From: Chara braunii
Lineage: Eukaryota > Plantae > Charophyceae
Direction of reading: 5' to 3'
DNA: 64,000 nucleotides
Assembly: GCA_003427395.1 (NCBI GenBank)
Contig: BFEA01000034.1
Location: forward strand, 3,121,876-3,185,875
A program made the translations under genes and the position numbers. Below the pieces are notes generated by a model. It was given only the letters and a program-made list of their open reading frames with translations. It searched no databases and was not told where the DNA came from. Shown here piece after piece: positions 37,947 to 51,419 of this stretch; position 1 is the stretch's first letter; each line of letters begins with the position of its first letter.

Positions 37947-40900
37947 TGTCGAGCGCATCGGTCCGACACTGCATAAGGCAACTCGGGACCCTCCCAGCCG
38001 CGCCACGCATGGGTTGACTTTAATCCTCGTCGCAAATGCATATGGAGCTTCCGCAAGCCGCTCCGGCTGAGTGCGCTAGCCATACCTCTCTCGAGCCCCT
38101 ATGATAGGATAGGGCCTACGCGAGGCACGACTTACCTCCATCTTACGGGAGTTGTCACCTCCCTTTGGTGGGCGTATCCCCGTCGAGCTATCAGTCCACA
38201 ATACGAAAGCTAATCAGGTGCAATCGCAGAGGTGGACCAGCCGAGGGGGTTTCTCGTACGCTGTAGCATAGGGGGTACGCACGATATTACGCCTCTATCG
38301 GACCCGTACGCGAACCGACGTTTGGAGGGGCCGAGGTCCTAAGCACAATTCGTCGTCGTTCGACTATGACGCATCCCACACGTCACGCACACACCACTAT
38401 AAAGGGCATAAAAATAAAAACACACGCATACATACATATATATACGACACAAAACAAACAACGCGACATCACTCCTAGTCCCTTAGTAGTCATCCCATAA
38501 CTTTTCGATGCGGAAATCGGATAGGCGTCGCGCGCGAGACTTAGTATAAAACCGCACGGACACAAGGCTAACTCATATCGACTCGCAATGCAAGCGTACG
38601 CAAGCGGTCGCAATGATGACGTACTATATAGTACCCATACTCGTGCGGTCCTCGTTAACCTCGAGGGTCGCATTCGACACTGAAGTGTCGGCTGACACGC
38701 GCCTTGAGGGGTGATCTCTAGACGCTGGACAACCGTCAAGCGTGGTTGAATTCCACACCCTCTTCTGCACCCTGCTGAGAGTGGGTGGTACACAAGCTCA
38801 TACCTGTGGTGACAATCGTCTCTTATCGCCCTGGAGACCAGCTCCATCATCTAGGGCCTGGAGAGAAATCAAGGAGTTTGACTTTGACGGCTGCCACGGG
38901 GAATCTCCCTTCTCTCTTAAAAACATAATCTGTTTAACCCTTACGCGCGGTCACAGTAGGCCGCGCGAAATACTCAAGACATGTTTATTTACATATATAT
39001 AGAGAGGGTTATTAATATAGAGGACGATCACTTCTCACAGTCACAGTGAGACTCCTCTCAGCCATATATATATGTATGTGAGCGCAGACAGTCAAGTCCA
39101 AAGTCCGAATCACCAAACATACTTGCAATAACATCAAAGATTCAACAAAAAGTTTGTGCACTACACGGGGTCAACTTCAACTATTCTTTGCACTCACACC
39201 CCTCGCTTTAGCCATACAAGTCTCACTCTTGTGCAACTCTTCAAAATAAAATACTCAGTACCTTTCTTTAAATAACCATTCAAATAAGGTCTGGGCGAAA
39301 ACACAGCAAAACAGTTCAAATCACAAGGCTAAAACTTTTAGGTTGAGTGGCAAGAGTGGATTGGAGTTGAGTCGTAAACCGACGAATCGACAACCGACCT
39401 GTTATCAGTGATAACAGAAGATGATCCTCGTAGGATCAAACTGAATCTATCCCAAATCTTGAATCAAACGATCAAGAGGACCTGTATCACAAGACAAACC
39501 AATCCCCAGGCTAGATCTATAAGTCCATGGAAAATAATCTTCATATCACGATCTCACTCAAAATCTCCTAATTAACTAAGTCTACATCTACCTCTAAGTA
39601 AGTGCCCAAAAAAAGGTAGACCCTAACATAATCTACTCTATATAGAGTGGATCGTCAGAATCGCCACCTGTCAAAATATAACCTAACACCTTTAAACTAA
39701 GAAAATTTCGGCAGCGCTTCCCGTAAGAAAAACGTCTTCCCAAAATTTATATGAGCCTGAATATGAAAACTAAAATAGTCTTCGACTTTCCAAAGTCAAA
39801 TTTTGTCTAACTCCTTGAATTAGCAAAAAATTGGGCAGCATTTCCTTTAGAAAAGAAGACTTTCCAGATTTTTACTAACTTAATACTAAGCCATGTATGA
39901 AATTTAGACAAGTTGAACTTTGAAAAACCAACATTTGACCAACTCCTTGGATTTGCAAAAATTTTCGGCAGCGTTTCCCGTAGAGAAAGTAGCGTACCAA
40001 AATTTATATAAAGCCAAGTATAACAAAAGATTCCAGAAAATGCGAGAATTGATCTAAGTAAAATAAAATTAGCTCAAAAAATGCAAAAATTTGAACTAAC
40101 TCCTATCGCTCTAGCACGTGGCGAGCCTCTAAAGCAACTACCTGTCAAACTGAAACTCAGACTAAGTAGTGATCTTACTCAGCCACATGCAAGACCAAAC
40201 CACAAAGGTAAGTACTCTCACCAGTCCAAAGTCAACCTGGTCAAACAATAGTTCATAGTCTTTCAATAATTTATCCCTTTATGACCGACTTACATAAGGC
40301 ATAAAGTTAGGCCACCCAAACTTATGAGAACTTGCCTAGCTCAGCCAGAATATACACATACACAAGGTACAACAACTTTTCTCTTCTTTGGGCACATGAC
40401 TAGACTTCCTTAGTCGCCCTGGACTGTTTGAGTATCCAAATTATATATATCTGTTTGCCCTTAGTCTTATAAGGTAGCATATAACTGAACCGATCAACTT
40501 AGTTCGAGATCCAGCCTGCCCCTTCTTACCACGAGTTTATTCTTAATTAATACTCTCTTCAGTTATGATAAGCTATAGTCAGACCATCAAAACTTATGGA
40601 AAAATGTATGACTACCCTGTTCATAACTAGAATAATAGTAAAATATAGTCAAGTTATATCCTTTTGGTTTCAGCATGTGCGTGGCATTGGACCAAGACCA
40701 CCCAAACTTATGGGAACCTGTCTGGTCGTCAGTCTGGTTTATTCTCTTAAAGTCAAAGCAGAACTTGAAAGAAACTGAAAGAACCCCAAAGTAAACAAGG
40801 CGACAAAGTCACCAAAACTTATGAAAAAATGCTTCGTCCCTGAAAAGTCAATCACACTCGGCCCTCGCAAGTCAAAGCAACCAGACCACCCAAACTCATG

Positions 40901-43376
40901 GGAACCTGTCTGGTCCTTTAGACAATCCAAAATAAACATAGCACTGACCCCTCCAAACTTATGAAGACTCTCCCTACCTTTGGTTGACCCAGTCAAACTC
41001 AGGCATTATAACCTTCCTCCCATCCTTCCCCCAGATGCAACCTCACAATCTGCTTTCAGTCAGGCAACCAAAAACCGAAACTGCATTGCACACACATTCC
41101 TTTATCTAGTTTGGCTTTTGTCATGAAGTTCAACCCCAAAGTCAAAGGTAAGGGGCATGCAGTATACTCAGACAACTATACAGAAAAAATTCCCAGAATT
41201 AAATAATCATTCTAGAGTAAAATTACATTTAAAATTTTAAATTTTCATTCCATCTTTAAAAATGTCATTCCAATTTTAAAATTTCCCGTCTTACTTGAAA
41301 ACTTTCCTTCCAAGAATGCGGTATCCTTTCTTATTTGAACTGCATGCTAGAGATGGAATGAAAGTCTAAATGAGTTCATGAAATATTTTAATTGGACTGT
41401 CATTCTAAATAAGGATTTCCAATCATAAATAGGTTAATCCAATCTAAATTAGACGGTATTTGTTGTAGTAGAATGAAAGTCTAATTAAAACATTTCATAA
41501 ACTCGTCCAGACTTTCATTTTATCTTGAACAAATAGATGTAGTTGGAAGAGAAAATTCATATTTAGACGGGAATTTATCAAATTAAATTGAAAATTTTAG
41601 AATTGGACAAACATTGGAATGATAATTTATAAATATGAAGGATTCTGTTTTTATGGAATGTTTTTTCAACTTTCATTTCTCATGGGAATTTTTCTGTTGT
41701 AGCAAGATGTACAGGTAGGGGTTATAACAGGGTTTATAAAAGGAAAGCGAAACCTTTACCTTTTAGTTCCCTGCCTCCAGAATTCCTCCCGAGTTCCGGC
41801 AGAGCTCCCGCAATCAGTGGGCGGAATCCCCACAGAGTCTTGCTGCGGTCCTACGGGTTGCAATCCCGTCTGCCGCCTTCCTCTCAGAACAAGATTTAGA
41901 CTTAGAGTGAGAAAGACAGAAGAAGGGGTTTGAGACTCTCGAGATACAAGAAGGGGACTGACTCAACTTTCAGGAGAGGGTCCGGTTATCTTCACTCGCC
42001 TGAGAGTCCCGCAATGGTAGCCAAGGATGCCGCAATAACTCAGTCAAACCGTAGTCAACAACCGACTGTTGACTCCCAAACGATTCCTCAAGTTGCAACG
42101 AAGACAACCCTTCATTTAACTCAATGATCTCGGCCCCCTCGTGAGCTTGCACCTTCACAACTCGCCCTCGATGGGATGGACAGCGCATCAACCTGTTGAT
42201 AAGTTTGCGGTCCTACAACTGCTTTCCATCATCCGGTGCGGCAGGCCAAGTAGCACGCCGGCCTGCAGGCAGACACACAGCCTCACAGACTGCTCCTTCT
42301 ATTGTGTCTGACAAGGCGACCACTCACTGTTTGGTCTAATCTTCGCTTGATTCCAAACCCCCGCACTTTGACATAACTTCTTATTCGGGTCCACAAAGCC
42401 CGTTCGAACGGACGAGGTGATAGGCACTACGGGTGCAACTATACGTCTAGTTCTTTCGGCTAAAGGAAAGTCAAGTACGCTCAAAGTTTTGGAGGCTGCG
42501 CGATCTATCCAAGCATCGAGGTGAGTCCTCGCCTCCTCCCACTCACCTTCTCACCGCTTCACTCATCTTCCATTGTCCCAAATTCGATTGAATCTTCCGA
42601 CCGAATATCAAAGTATACACCGCTTTCCAGTCATGTGCGCAGGGAAGCAAGAAGCGTCACTTCTTTCAATAGGATTGCAAATTCGGAATAGATTTCCCAC
42701 TGATCATCGTGAAGATCCCTCACATACTGGGTTGCTGGCTGTATCACCCGCCATCTGGCAATAGCCCAAATGTGCCTTCCAAAAAACCCGGGAAGGTGCA
42801 TGCCAAATTTTAGTTTCTCGCATGCTTGCTTTACTAGCTTATTACGCAGCCTACTCTCCTTCTAGCTCTAGATCTACTAACCCAATAGCCAAACTAACTT
42901 TACTATTCAAATCGCCCGGAGCCAAGGCTTTTAGCGTAGAATTTCCACCTGTCGAAATCAGTCAAAGAATTGACTTCTTCGATAGTCTTTCCTCTTTTCT
43001 TCTATAGTACCCACGTACGCCTTTCTCCTTACAAACTCTCTCAATACCGACTTTCATACCAATCTGAGTTCATATTTCGGATCGTCATAGCCCAACACCC
43101 CAGTTTCGGATCTCTTCTTGCCTGATTCCGTGGAGAATCCCGCGACATATACCCGTTCTCTGTTTTTTCTTTTCTCCTCCTTCCATATCTCCACGCACTG
43201 TTTTTCTTACTAACTCTTACTACCAATCTTCTGTTGATTCTGACTTCGAAATCGGGGTCGCCAGGGCCAAAACCCCCCGATTCGAGTCTTCCCTCGTCCG
43301 TTTCCATCAAGAACCAGGAAACGGGCGAGATTAACAAACTCGTCCCCGCTTCTCCCTCGTTCCTCGCCATGTACGC
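37947..43376 (-). mobile_element. Long LTR (>5 kb) of a related Gypsy family, interrupted at 43377
   Basis: Starts tgtcgagcgc. Blocks at about 38130, 39380 and 41760 are homologous to 43535, 44250 and 46962 of the next LTR. Internal repeats at 39700-40010 and 40310-40970. Confidence 0.75.
41176..41702 (-). mobile_element. AT-rich MITE-like insertion, copy 2
   Basis: TIRs ctatacagaaaaaattccca / tgggaatttttctgttgtag; flanked by CAA on both sides. Confidence 0.8.
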
Positions 43377-45359
43377 TGTCGCTCGCGGCGGTCCCGCACC
43401 CCGCTGGGAGCGTTGAACCTCACGGTCGTGTCACGCATGATGTATTTTTAAAAATGAACCAGTCACCTTTCCGACAGTGCGCGTGTGCTATACCTCTCAC
43501 AACGCCATGCGACAGGTCGGGACGTCGCGAGGTACAACTTACCTCTACCCGAGGGGCTGTCACCACCCTCAGGTAGGTGTATCCCTGCTGAGCTACCGAC
43601 AGACATGCGAAGGCTTTTACTTGCCTGAGTAGAGGTAGGTCGGCCGAGGGTGTTTGCTCGATCGCTGTAGCATAAAATGGGGTATGCGCGGTAAGACGCC
43701 TAAGACTGACCCGTTAGATACTCAGGTCGAACTTTGAGACGGTCGTCTTATTTCTGCTTTTGTTCTCAAAACACTTTCTCCTTCTGACTCTATGATCAAC
43801 GTATCAAGACCTTGTCACTACCGAGATAATCTATTCTACTTAATGTATGATTGATCATCAGATAATATATAAGACTTGATTATGAATAGCGAGGTATTAC
43901 CGCTGGGAACTCTTCCCACTTTCACAAGTNCTGAGTGTNCAAACTCTTCACGATNTCAAATCCAGTCCAGCCCAAATCATGCATAAAACAGACNTGCACA
44001 ACATAATGAAAAGACAGTTCACATGCCATGCACTAACGGTGTCAACCATCAACTATTGACATTGTCCCTCACTCCCCAAACCATGCATGACAACTCTATC
44101 TTTCCTGAGATGCAAACCCAACCCCCTCACATTTATTCAAAGGACCCCTGAAAGTGACCAGGATCATTTAGGCAATAACCACAGGTGACAGTTTTACTGA
44201 CCATAGGGTTTGATTTTAGATGTAGGTATCAAGTCAAGGTGGAAAGAGTTGAATCGACAACGACCAACCTGTTATCGAGTGATAACATAAAATTGAGTCC
44301 TTTATGTAGGACTTCTCCTTCAACTGCAGTAGACCAAAGCAAAGACCTGTACACAAACAGGTCAACAAAGATTCAACATCCCCACTTGATCCCCACAAAA
44401 TGATATCTAAGGGTCAAACCCTTAGTTCTGGTTTGTGAACTTTGGGATCAACATCCCAAAGCCTAACCCCTAGCTTCTATCTACACCTGAGTCGCCTGTC
44501 ACTCCTCCTTTTATTTTTAAGGAGTCTCTTTGCCTGTGTCCTAAGTTGTCTTAGGGAAATACACATTTCCCCTACTCTTAGCCCTTGGATTCCCTCTCTT
44601 GCGGATAAGCACATCCTTTGATGCTTTATGCGGTAGTCTGGCTGAGATCAACTCAAGCCAGTAGCGGATTCTCCGATGAACTACGGCTACACGGGGTATC
44701 TTCTTTCTTTGATTCTTTTTACCCGCGGTGCTTCTTCTTCTCTTGCGTTCCTCTTAAGGACCTTTGGAGTCGCTCCCGATGGAACACTCCCTTTTTCCTT
44801 CCCGTCTCTTCTTGTCCTGACATATGCAAGTAGTAAGCCGATTCACCTGGGAATTTTTCCCTACTTGATCAGTTCCAAACATTCCGTTAGTCAGAAGAGT
44901 AGTCGAGTCGACCCACGGGAGCACTCAGTCACCCCTCAAAGTTCAGGTAATGCAATCAAGCAGCTCATGCATCTAGTGCAAGTGATCGGATAACTCACCC
45001 GGGAGTATCCTTCTACTGTCCAAAACATATTCGTTTCATCCCTGCCCTCAGTTAGTTGACCCCCAAATCAAACAAGTATTAGGACAACCCACCCGGGAGC
45101 CATCCTACTATCAGTTTGATGCATAGGAGATCACGAACAACTCTTGATTGAGTTGCCCCGACAGTTCACCTAACTGGCCTATGCGTAGTAAGTGAGCTAA
45201 AGGTATGTTGACTCCCACGGGAAGTCGGACAGATCGACCCAGACTTAGGAGTTCGTACACTCACTCGGGGGTGCTCGAATCCCTCCCAAGTCTTGATCGA
45301 TTAGTGATAGGAGAGCTTCGCGGAAGCCTCATGCTACCTTTTACCTTTGTTAGCTTTTG

Positions 45360-45945
45360 AAGACGGGTACTTTACGAGAGTACTGGATTAATTGGCTTTC
45401 GTTAAGTTGAAGAAGTGTACCCCACAGGAGTACTAGGTCAACGTTTGTTGTTAACCTGAAAGAGCATACCCCACGGGAGTACCGGGTCAATGGTTGTTGC
45501 TAACGATTGTAGGATCCTACGTCATGGAAGTACCGATCAAATAGTTTTTGTTAAGTTTAAAAGAGTGTACTTCACGGAAGTACCGGATCTAGTCGGCTTT
45601 TGTTAGACTGAAGGAATGTACTTCACGGAAGTACCGGATCAAATGACATTTGTTAAACTGAAGGATGTACTTCACGGAAGTACCGGTCAAACTAGCTTTC
45701 GTTAAGTTTGAACAAATGTACTTCACACAAGTACCGGATCGCTGAACTTTTGTTAAGTTGAAGAAGTGTACTTCACGGAAGTACCAGATCAAATGGATTT
45801 CGTTAAACTGAAGGAGTGTACTTCACGGAAGTACCGGTTCAAATGACTTCTGTTAAACCGAAGGATGTACTTCACGGAAGTACCGGATCAATTGACTCTT
45901 GTTAGTTAAAGGAATGTACTTCACGGAAGTACTAGATCAAATGAT
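45360..45945. repeat. About 50-bp tandem array (about 11 units) inside the LTR
   Basis: Unit ...gttaa...gaaggagtgtacttcacggaagtaccggatcaa with palindrome GTACTTC-acg-GAAGTAC. Flanked by a diverged duplication (about 44990-45480 vs 46105-46560). Confidence 0.9.
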
Positions 45946-47019
45946 GGTTGTCAATGTAACCTGCTTGTCAATAGGGAAGATGCACGGCATCTTCGCGCTA
46001 CAAATGTCCGAGTTAACTAATCATTATACCAATTTGTTAACTTTAGTTAGGCCATTAGTATCAAACGTTGTCGATCCATTAGTCCTACCAAGACAAGTAG
46101 CAGGGTACTCACCCGGGAGTATCCCTTTTACTTGTCTAAGCACAATCAACTCATTCTTCCCTTGTTAGTTGTTCCTCTGATCAAACGAAGTATTAGGATA
46201 ACCCTTCCGGGAGCCACCCTAATACCAGTCTGATGTGTAGGAGATCAANACTACTTTTAGGTTAGTCGCCCTGATCGTTTATTTATTCGTTTATGTGTTA
46301 AATTGAGCAAAGGATATTGTTGACTTATACGGAAGTCGCACGGATCGATCTAGACTTAGGAGTTCGTGTACTCACCCGGGAGTACTCATTTCCCCTCCTA
46401 AGTCTAGTCAAATCAGTGATAGGAGAACCCCACGGGAGCCTCTCATTACCTCTGCTCTTATTAGTTGTTTGAAAACGTGTACCCCACGGGAGTACTGGAT
46501 TAGTCATGCTTTGATTAATCACTTGAAGATATGTAGTCCACGGGAGTACTGGATTAGCCTTGGATTTAGCTGGTGAGTCAAGAGAGAAGATGCACGGTAT
46601 CTTCCTGTTTTCAATGTATGCATGTCAAAAGTTAACTAGTTAGGTGGATGGCTGGGTAGTTCGCACGGCGAGTACCCTTTTAGTCATTCCATGCAGGCAG
46701 TTTGACGACCCCAATGGAGGCCTCCATCATAATGCCTTTGTTTTTCTCAAGACCATGCAGGCTAAGTTCCTTCTCGGTTCTTTCCTGGGTTCCTTTTTCT
46801 GACTTCAGACAAATTTTCAATTCAATCATATAGTATTTTTCATATTTCATATGCTTAGTCCCGAAGAAAACAATAAACGGTATGTCACACAATTACACAT
46901 GCAGACAATAGAAGGGCGTAGCCTTTTAAGGGTATATGAGAAAAGAATATGTGACGCGCACCTTAAGGTTCCCTGCCTCCAGAGTTTCTCCTGAACTCCG
47001 GCAGAGCTCCCGCAATCGC

Positions 47020-47774
47020 CCTATTATTTGTTTGTCTGAGTATCCTTTTTCATAGAATAAAACTTCATATTCAAAGATATCATATCTTTTTAGGTAAGTG
47101 TGGAATCAAAAAGGAAGTAAGGGGATTAGTTTACAAGAGAATGGGGAAGGATGGAGGAGGCAGGCACCACCACACGGTGACGATGTCTGGATCTGGTGTC
47201 GTGAAGCTCTGTCTCTTTTCTTTTGTAGTCTGTAGGTGCAGTGAAGTCAGATATCACAAGGGGGGAGAAGGAGATGGTGGACTGAGAAGAGGAAGAAGAA
47301 GAACTATCTCTCTCCCTCACTGTGTGTATTCGCCCAACCTTTCTCTCTCTCTCTCTCGCACTAATCATCCAGAAGATAACACTCCACCAACAGACAGCCG
47401 ACCTCAAGGACATTCATCACTCTGTATCCTCAACGTGCACACACACACACACACACACACACAAAGGGGTAGATCGGAGACAAGGAATCCTACTCATGGG
47501 TTGCTGAAGTCCTACGAAACAGTTTAGGACAGTCGTGTTTTTCCTCAGTGGAGTGGTGTGTAGTGAATATGACAACACACACATACACACACACACACAC
47601 GCACACTCTATCGATAGGATGAGCGAAAACGAAATGAATCTTCCGCTGAAACGTGGAAATATACACTCACACTTTTTGATTTGCTTACTCTGTCGATCCA
47701 AGTACCGTGCGGTGATGTGCGGTGTTGGAGACTTAGTTGTCGGTCAAGGTTGAAGACTTATTGTCTCCCCCCCC

Positions 47775-47812
<38 letters not shown>

Positions 47813-47945
47813 TATACTGATGTATGTTTCCGTATTGTAGTTGTAGATTCATCCGATTTTGCTCGTCCTATAGATGAAAGTAGCCAAGTCGTCTGTCGCG
47901 CACTTAGTACACGCGGATACACACACACACTCACGTACACACACA

Positions 47946-48030
<85 letters not shown>

Positions 48031-48250
48031 TCGTATGTATACATCCGTAGTAATAGTGGTAGTAGTAATAGTAATAGTTTTAGTCACCCAAGATCGTGAG
48101 ATTTACCTTTCTTCTATTCTTTTTCTGTGTCGTTACTGTAATCGTCTTCGTCGTAGTTGTTGATGTCGGTGTCGTCGTCGGATTTACGTTCGTCGTTCCG
48201 CAGGTAAGCATTTTTAGCCACATCACTATCTGAAATGACCCTGATTTCTG
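47020..48250. repeat. Composite insertion in the LTR (LTR-like fragment, microsatellite-associated repeat, (AT)n)
   Basis: Contains pieces homologous to 29510-29650 and 10695-11335; boundaries approximate. Confidence 0.6.
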
Positions 48251-51200
48251 GGGTAGATTCACTTAGTGAATCTGCTAGTAACAAATCTAGAAGAGAGAAA
48301 AAAAAAAAGAAAAAAAAAAAAGAAAACTACTAACTTCTAACTAACTCGTTGTGTCCACTGTCCCACGGCCTCGTCTAACCATTCCTAATCTAGAGGTTGC
48401 GGGTTCGAGTTCTGCCTGTCCCAGGGCGGGTAAAAAAAGATAGGCTCCGCCTCCTGTAGCTAGCAAAAGGAGCTAGCCCGGAGGCAAGCCGGATTCGATC
48501 CCAAGATCCTCTACATATCAGTCAGCGCCTGTACCTACAGGGCTTGCTTCTAGTTCGGTTTTACTAGGAGCGAATTTGCCCTAAGTAAAGTACAAGCCTC
48601 AATCCAATCAGTCCATAAGGCCAACGGCCTTACCGTAAGGAAAATCCAGGCCATTGTAAGCCATCACAGCCTGTTTCAGCAGGCTAGGCTTCTTTTTCCA
48701 TATTCTATCCTGCGGGGAGTGGTTTCCCGCTTTGCTCTTTCCGACATACTCAACGTTCGCGGACTCGAGTCGAAACGATCACTCTTTTTCAGTTGTCATC
48801 CACCTGAGAAAGACCGTAGCCCCGTCCCGCGCGACTTTCTTCCGTTTTAACCGACCTTCCGACCTTGTGGTTGGAGTTTTTATTTACTAACCCCTTTGCA
48901 GTCTTTGCGCGCGTTGGAATGACGCGTGCGGTTATTTTTAACTTTTAATCCACTAACTCTCGTCGGCTCAGCATGCGCCTCGGTGATGCAGACGAGCATT
49001 CGAAATTCTTAACCCCCTACTCTTGTCCGCGCGTGCCGTGTTTTAGCCCTGGCGGTTACTAAGCTTTTATGACCATAATGGTCGAGGGGTTTGCCCCAGT
49101 TTCTGTTTTTAGCCGTTTCCGTTTTAACAATTGGCGTTGACATTGTGTCGACCGCAATATCATGAGCGGATACCCTTGTAAGGGTATCAGCTCCGACAGT
49201 CTTCCCTGACCCCATTAAGCGACGTTTCCGTCGCTGGGGAATCTAAATGCAAACAAAGGCCTTCTGATGCGACAAGTTGTCAAATTTCGATTTCCTGGAC
49301 GAAGTTGTGGCTTGAAGACCCTCACTACCTCTCTTGGCGCGTCCATACTGCCAGGATTTCAACCTGGGTCTCCCACATACCAACAATTGCAATACCAAAG
49401 AAATATTATTCCATATGACTCAAAGTGGGGATACTGGATCTGTACTACAGTTACAGAGGTCACCAAGGAAGATGATGATAGCCTCTCCCCTCAACTTTAG
49501 ACTTTATTGCCAGGATCTCGTTGGGTGTCCGAGGAGTTAGGAATCATAAATGAATCCTACCCTTAGGACGAGGGTCTCAACCTTAATCAATTTTTACCGT
49601 CTCACCCGAAGTCTAATGCGAGGGGATCGACAACGTTGGTCTCAACCCACCACAGTCGGTTGATTAGGCCTGATCTGTGGTCCACCATGTTTGTTAATCT
49701 AATGGTGGTACCTATATTGGTTACGCAACACAGGATGATTACCTCCTATCAAATACCTAGACCTGACTCTCGATCCCCCCGATATCTACCTGAACTTGAT
49801 ACTATCATTGGGGAATCCTTCCCCTCAAGTTTAGTCCCAGGCTGGAATCGGAAGGCCCGCTGCCTGGTTATACTTGGTCAGCAGCCCACACTGGGAGTTA
49901 CGTCCCAACGATGCCAATTTTTCACCATAGGCTTTGTAATTTTAAGTCCCTCAGATTGACCTCCATAAGTGGATGAACGATGATTATTTTAAAAATACAC
50001 ATATGAAATTGAAATTTGACCAGATAAAATTCATCTGCCCTCGTCAGTTGTCTTTGAAAGGGTGAACAAACCCATTGAATATATATATGAAAGAAGCAAT
50101 ATCAATAAGAATGATTCAACATGATTAAAAAACTTGTCTCTGATCGAGGGGCATCGTCAGAGCCACTTAGGAGCCGTGCTTACCAGACCTCGATCACAGG
50201 CTGGATAGGCACACGTCTCGGGGATCTTTTTCAAATAGAAAAGTCAACCAAAATATCCATAATGAAAACAAAAGTAGGTGTTTGACCCTTTGTCTTGTCA
50301 GCAGGCAGAAAAAAAAAACATCCATTTCATTCATAACATACATCTTCCTGATTCAGAGGGTTTTCTCAAATGTAAGATAACTTTGACTTTTTCATACCTC
50401 TTTTTAGGGTCTGCTTCAAAAATAAATATAAATAACTCATCATAGTGCAAAACAACTTTCAAACTTTGCAAATCTTATTTCAGTTACTCTTGTCATTCTT
50501 GAATACTTAGGCGCTTTTCTGAGCAGCCTAGTTCAAGATTTGACAACATAGACTACACATACATCCAAAGTACACATTTTATCCACAAATATCAAACACT
50601 GGACCAACTCAATTGTGAAAGTGTAAAGTGTTCAAGTTCCCCATAGGTAAACCTCGCAAGTAACTTAGGATAGAGAAACTCAACTGAATACAAAAGTATA
50701 TGTCCAAAATTTGATCCAAACTGATGCACAGATCCTCAAGATAGAAAATGAACCATACGTTTGATCTACCCTCAACTACTAGAGTACAAAACGCCGAGTC
50801 AGAATAATGTACATGATCCTCAAATCTTTAGCACTATACCTAGACAAAAATACTCCATCCGATGCTCATAAGAGGAGTAAATACCAACTTCACCATACTG
50901 TCTCCTTCACCCTTAGTCCCTAATATACAATACCGGTCTAAAAGAAATCAAAACTGTCTTATTTTAATCCTCTAAAGTGAGTCCCAACTGCTCATACAAC
51001 TGAACCTTGAACCCTTGCTTGGTTCTTTTAATCAGATTCCCCTCCCTATCGATGAGTCTGTTGTTCTTATCGAGACTAACTAACCCTTTTTCTTTATCTG
51101 TCCTAAAACCAGGACAATCATCCCTCCTGTGGACTCCCTTCATACAGTACTAACATAACTTCTTCTCTTCTTCCTTTGATCTCTTTGCAAACGATGGGAC

Positions 51201-51419
51201 ATCTTGTGACGCAGCCCCAATTAATGTTTGAGGTAAGACCTCTTCCTCTCCTGTCCCAATTTGTTATTTGTGAGTGACGTTTCCCCAGTATCCTTTTTAG
51301 GCAAGGTGACAACCCCTACCATCAATCCTTTGTTCTGATCGTTGCCCTTAAGTCCTTCTTTATCTCCTTCCATCCTTGGATTTTTCTTTTTGTCCTCAGT
51401 CTTCCCAGCATCCTCCATT

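Larger units (their letters stand above)
43377..51120 (-). repeat. 3' LTR (inner boundary uncertain, about 51030-51120)
   Basis: Outer end is matched to the 63458 copy. Candidate PPTs on the minus strand are AGGGAGGGGAA (about 51037-51047) or AGGAGGGA (51121-51128), each followed by TGA. Confidence 0.55.

Noticed and set aside
45360-45945. CRISPR-like look (palindromic repeat at regular spacing)
   Set aside because: The intervening segments are homologous to each other, there are no cas genes, and the array lies in a eukaryotic LTR: it is a tandem repeat.
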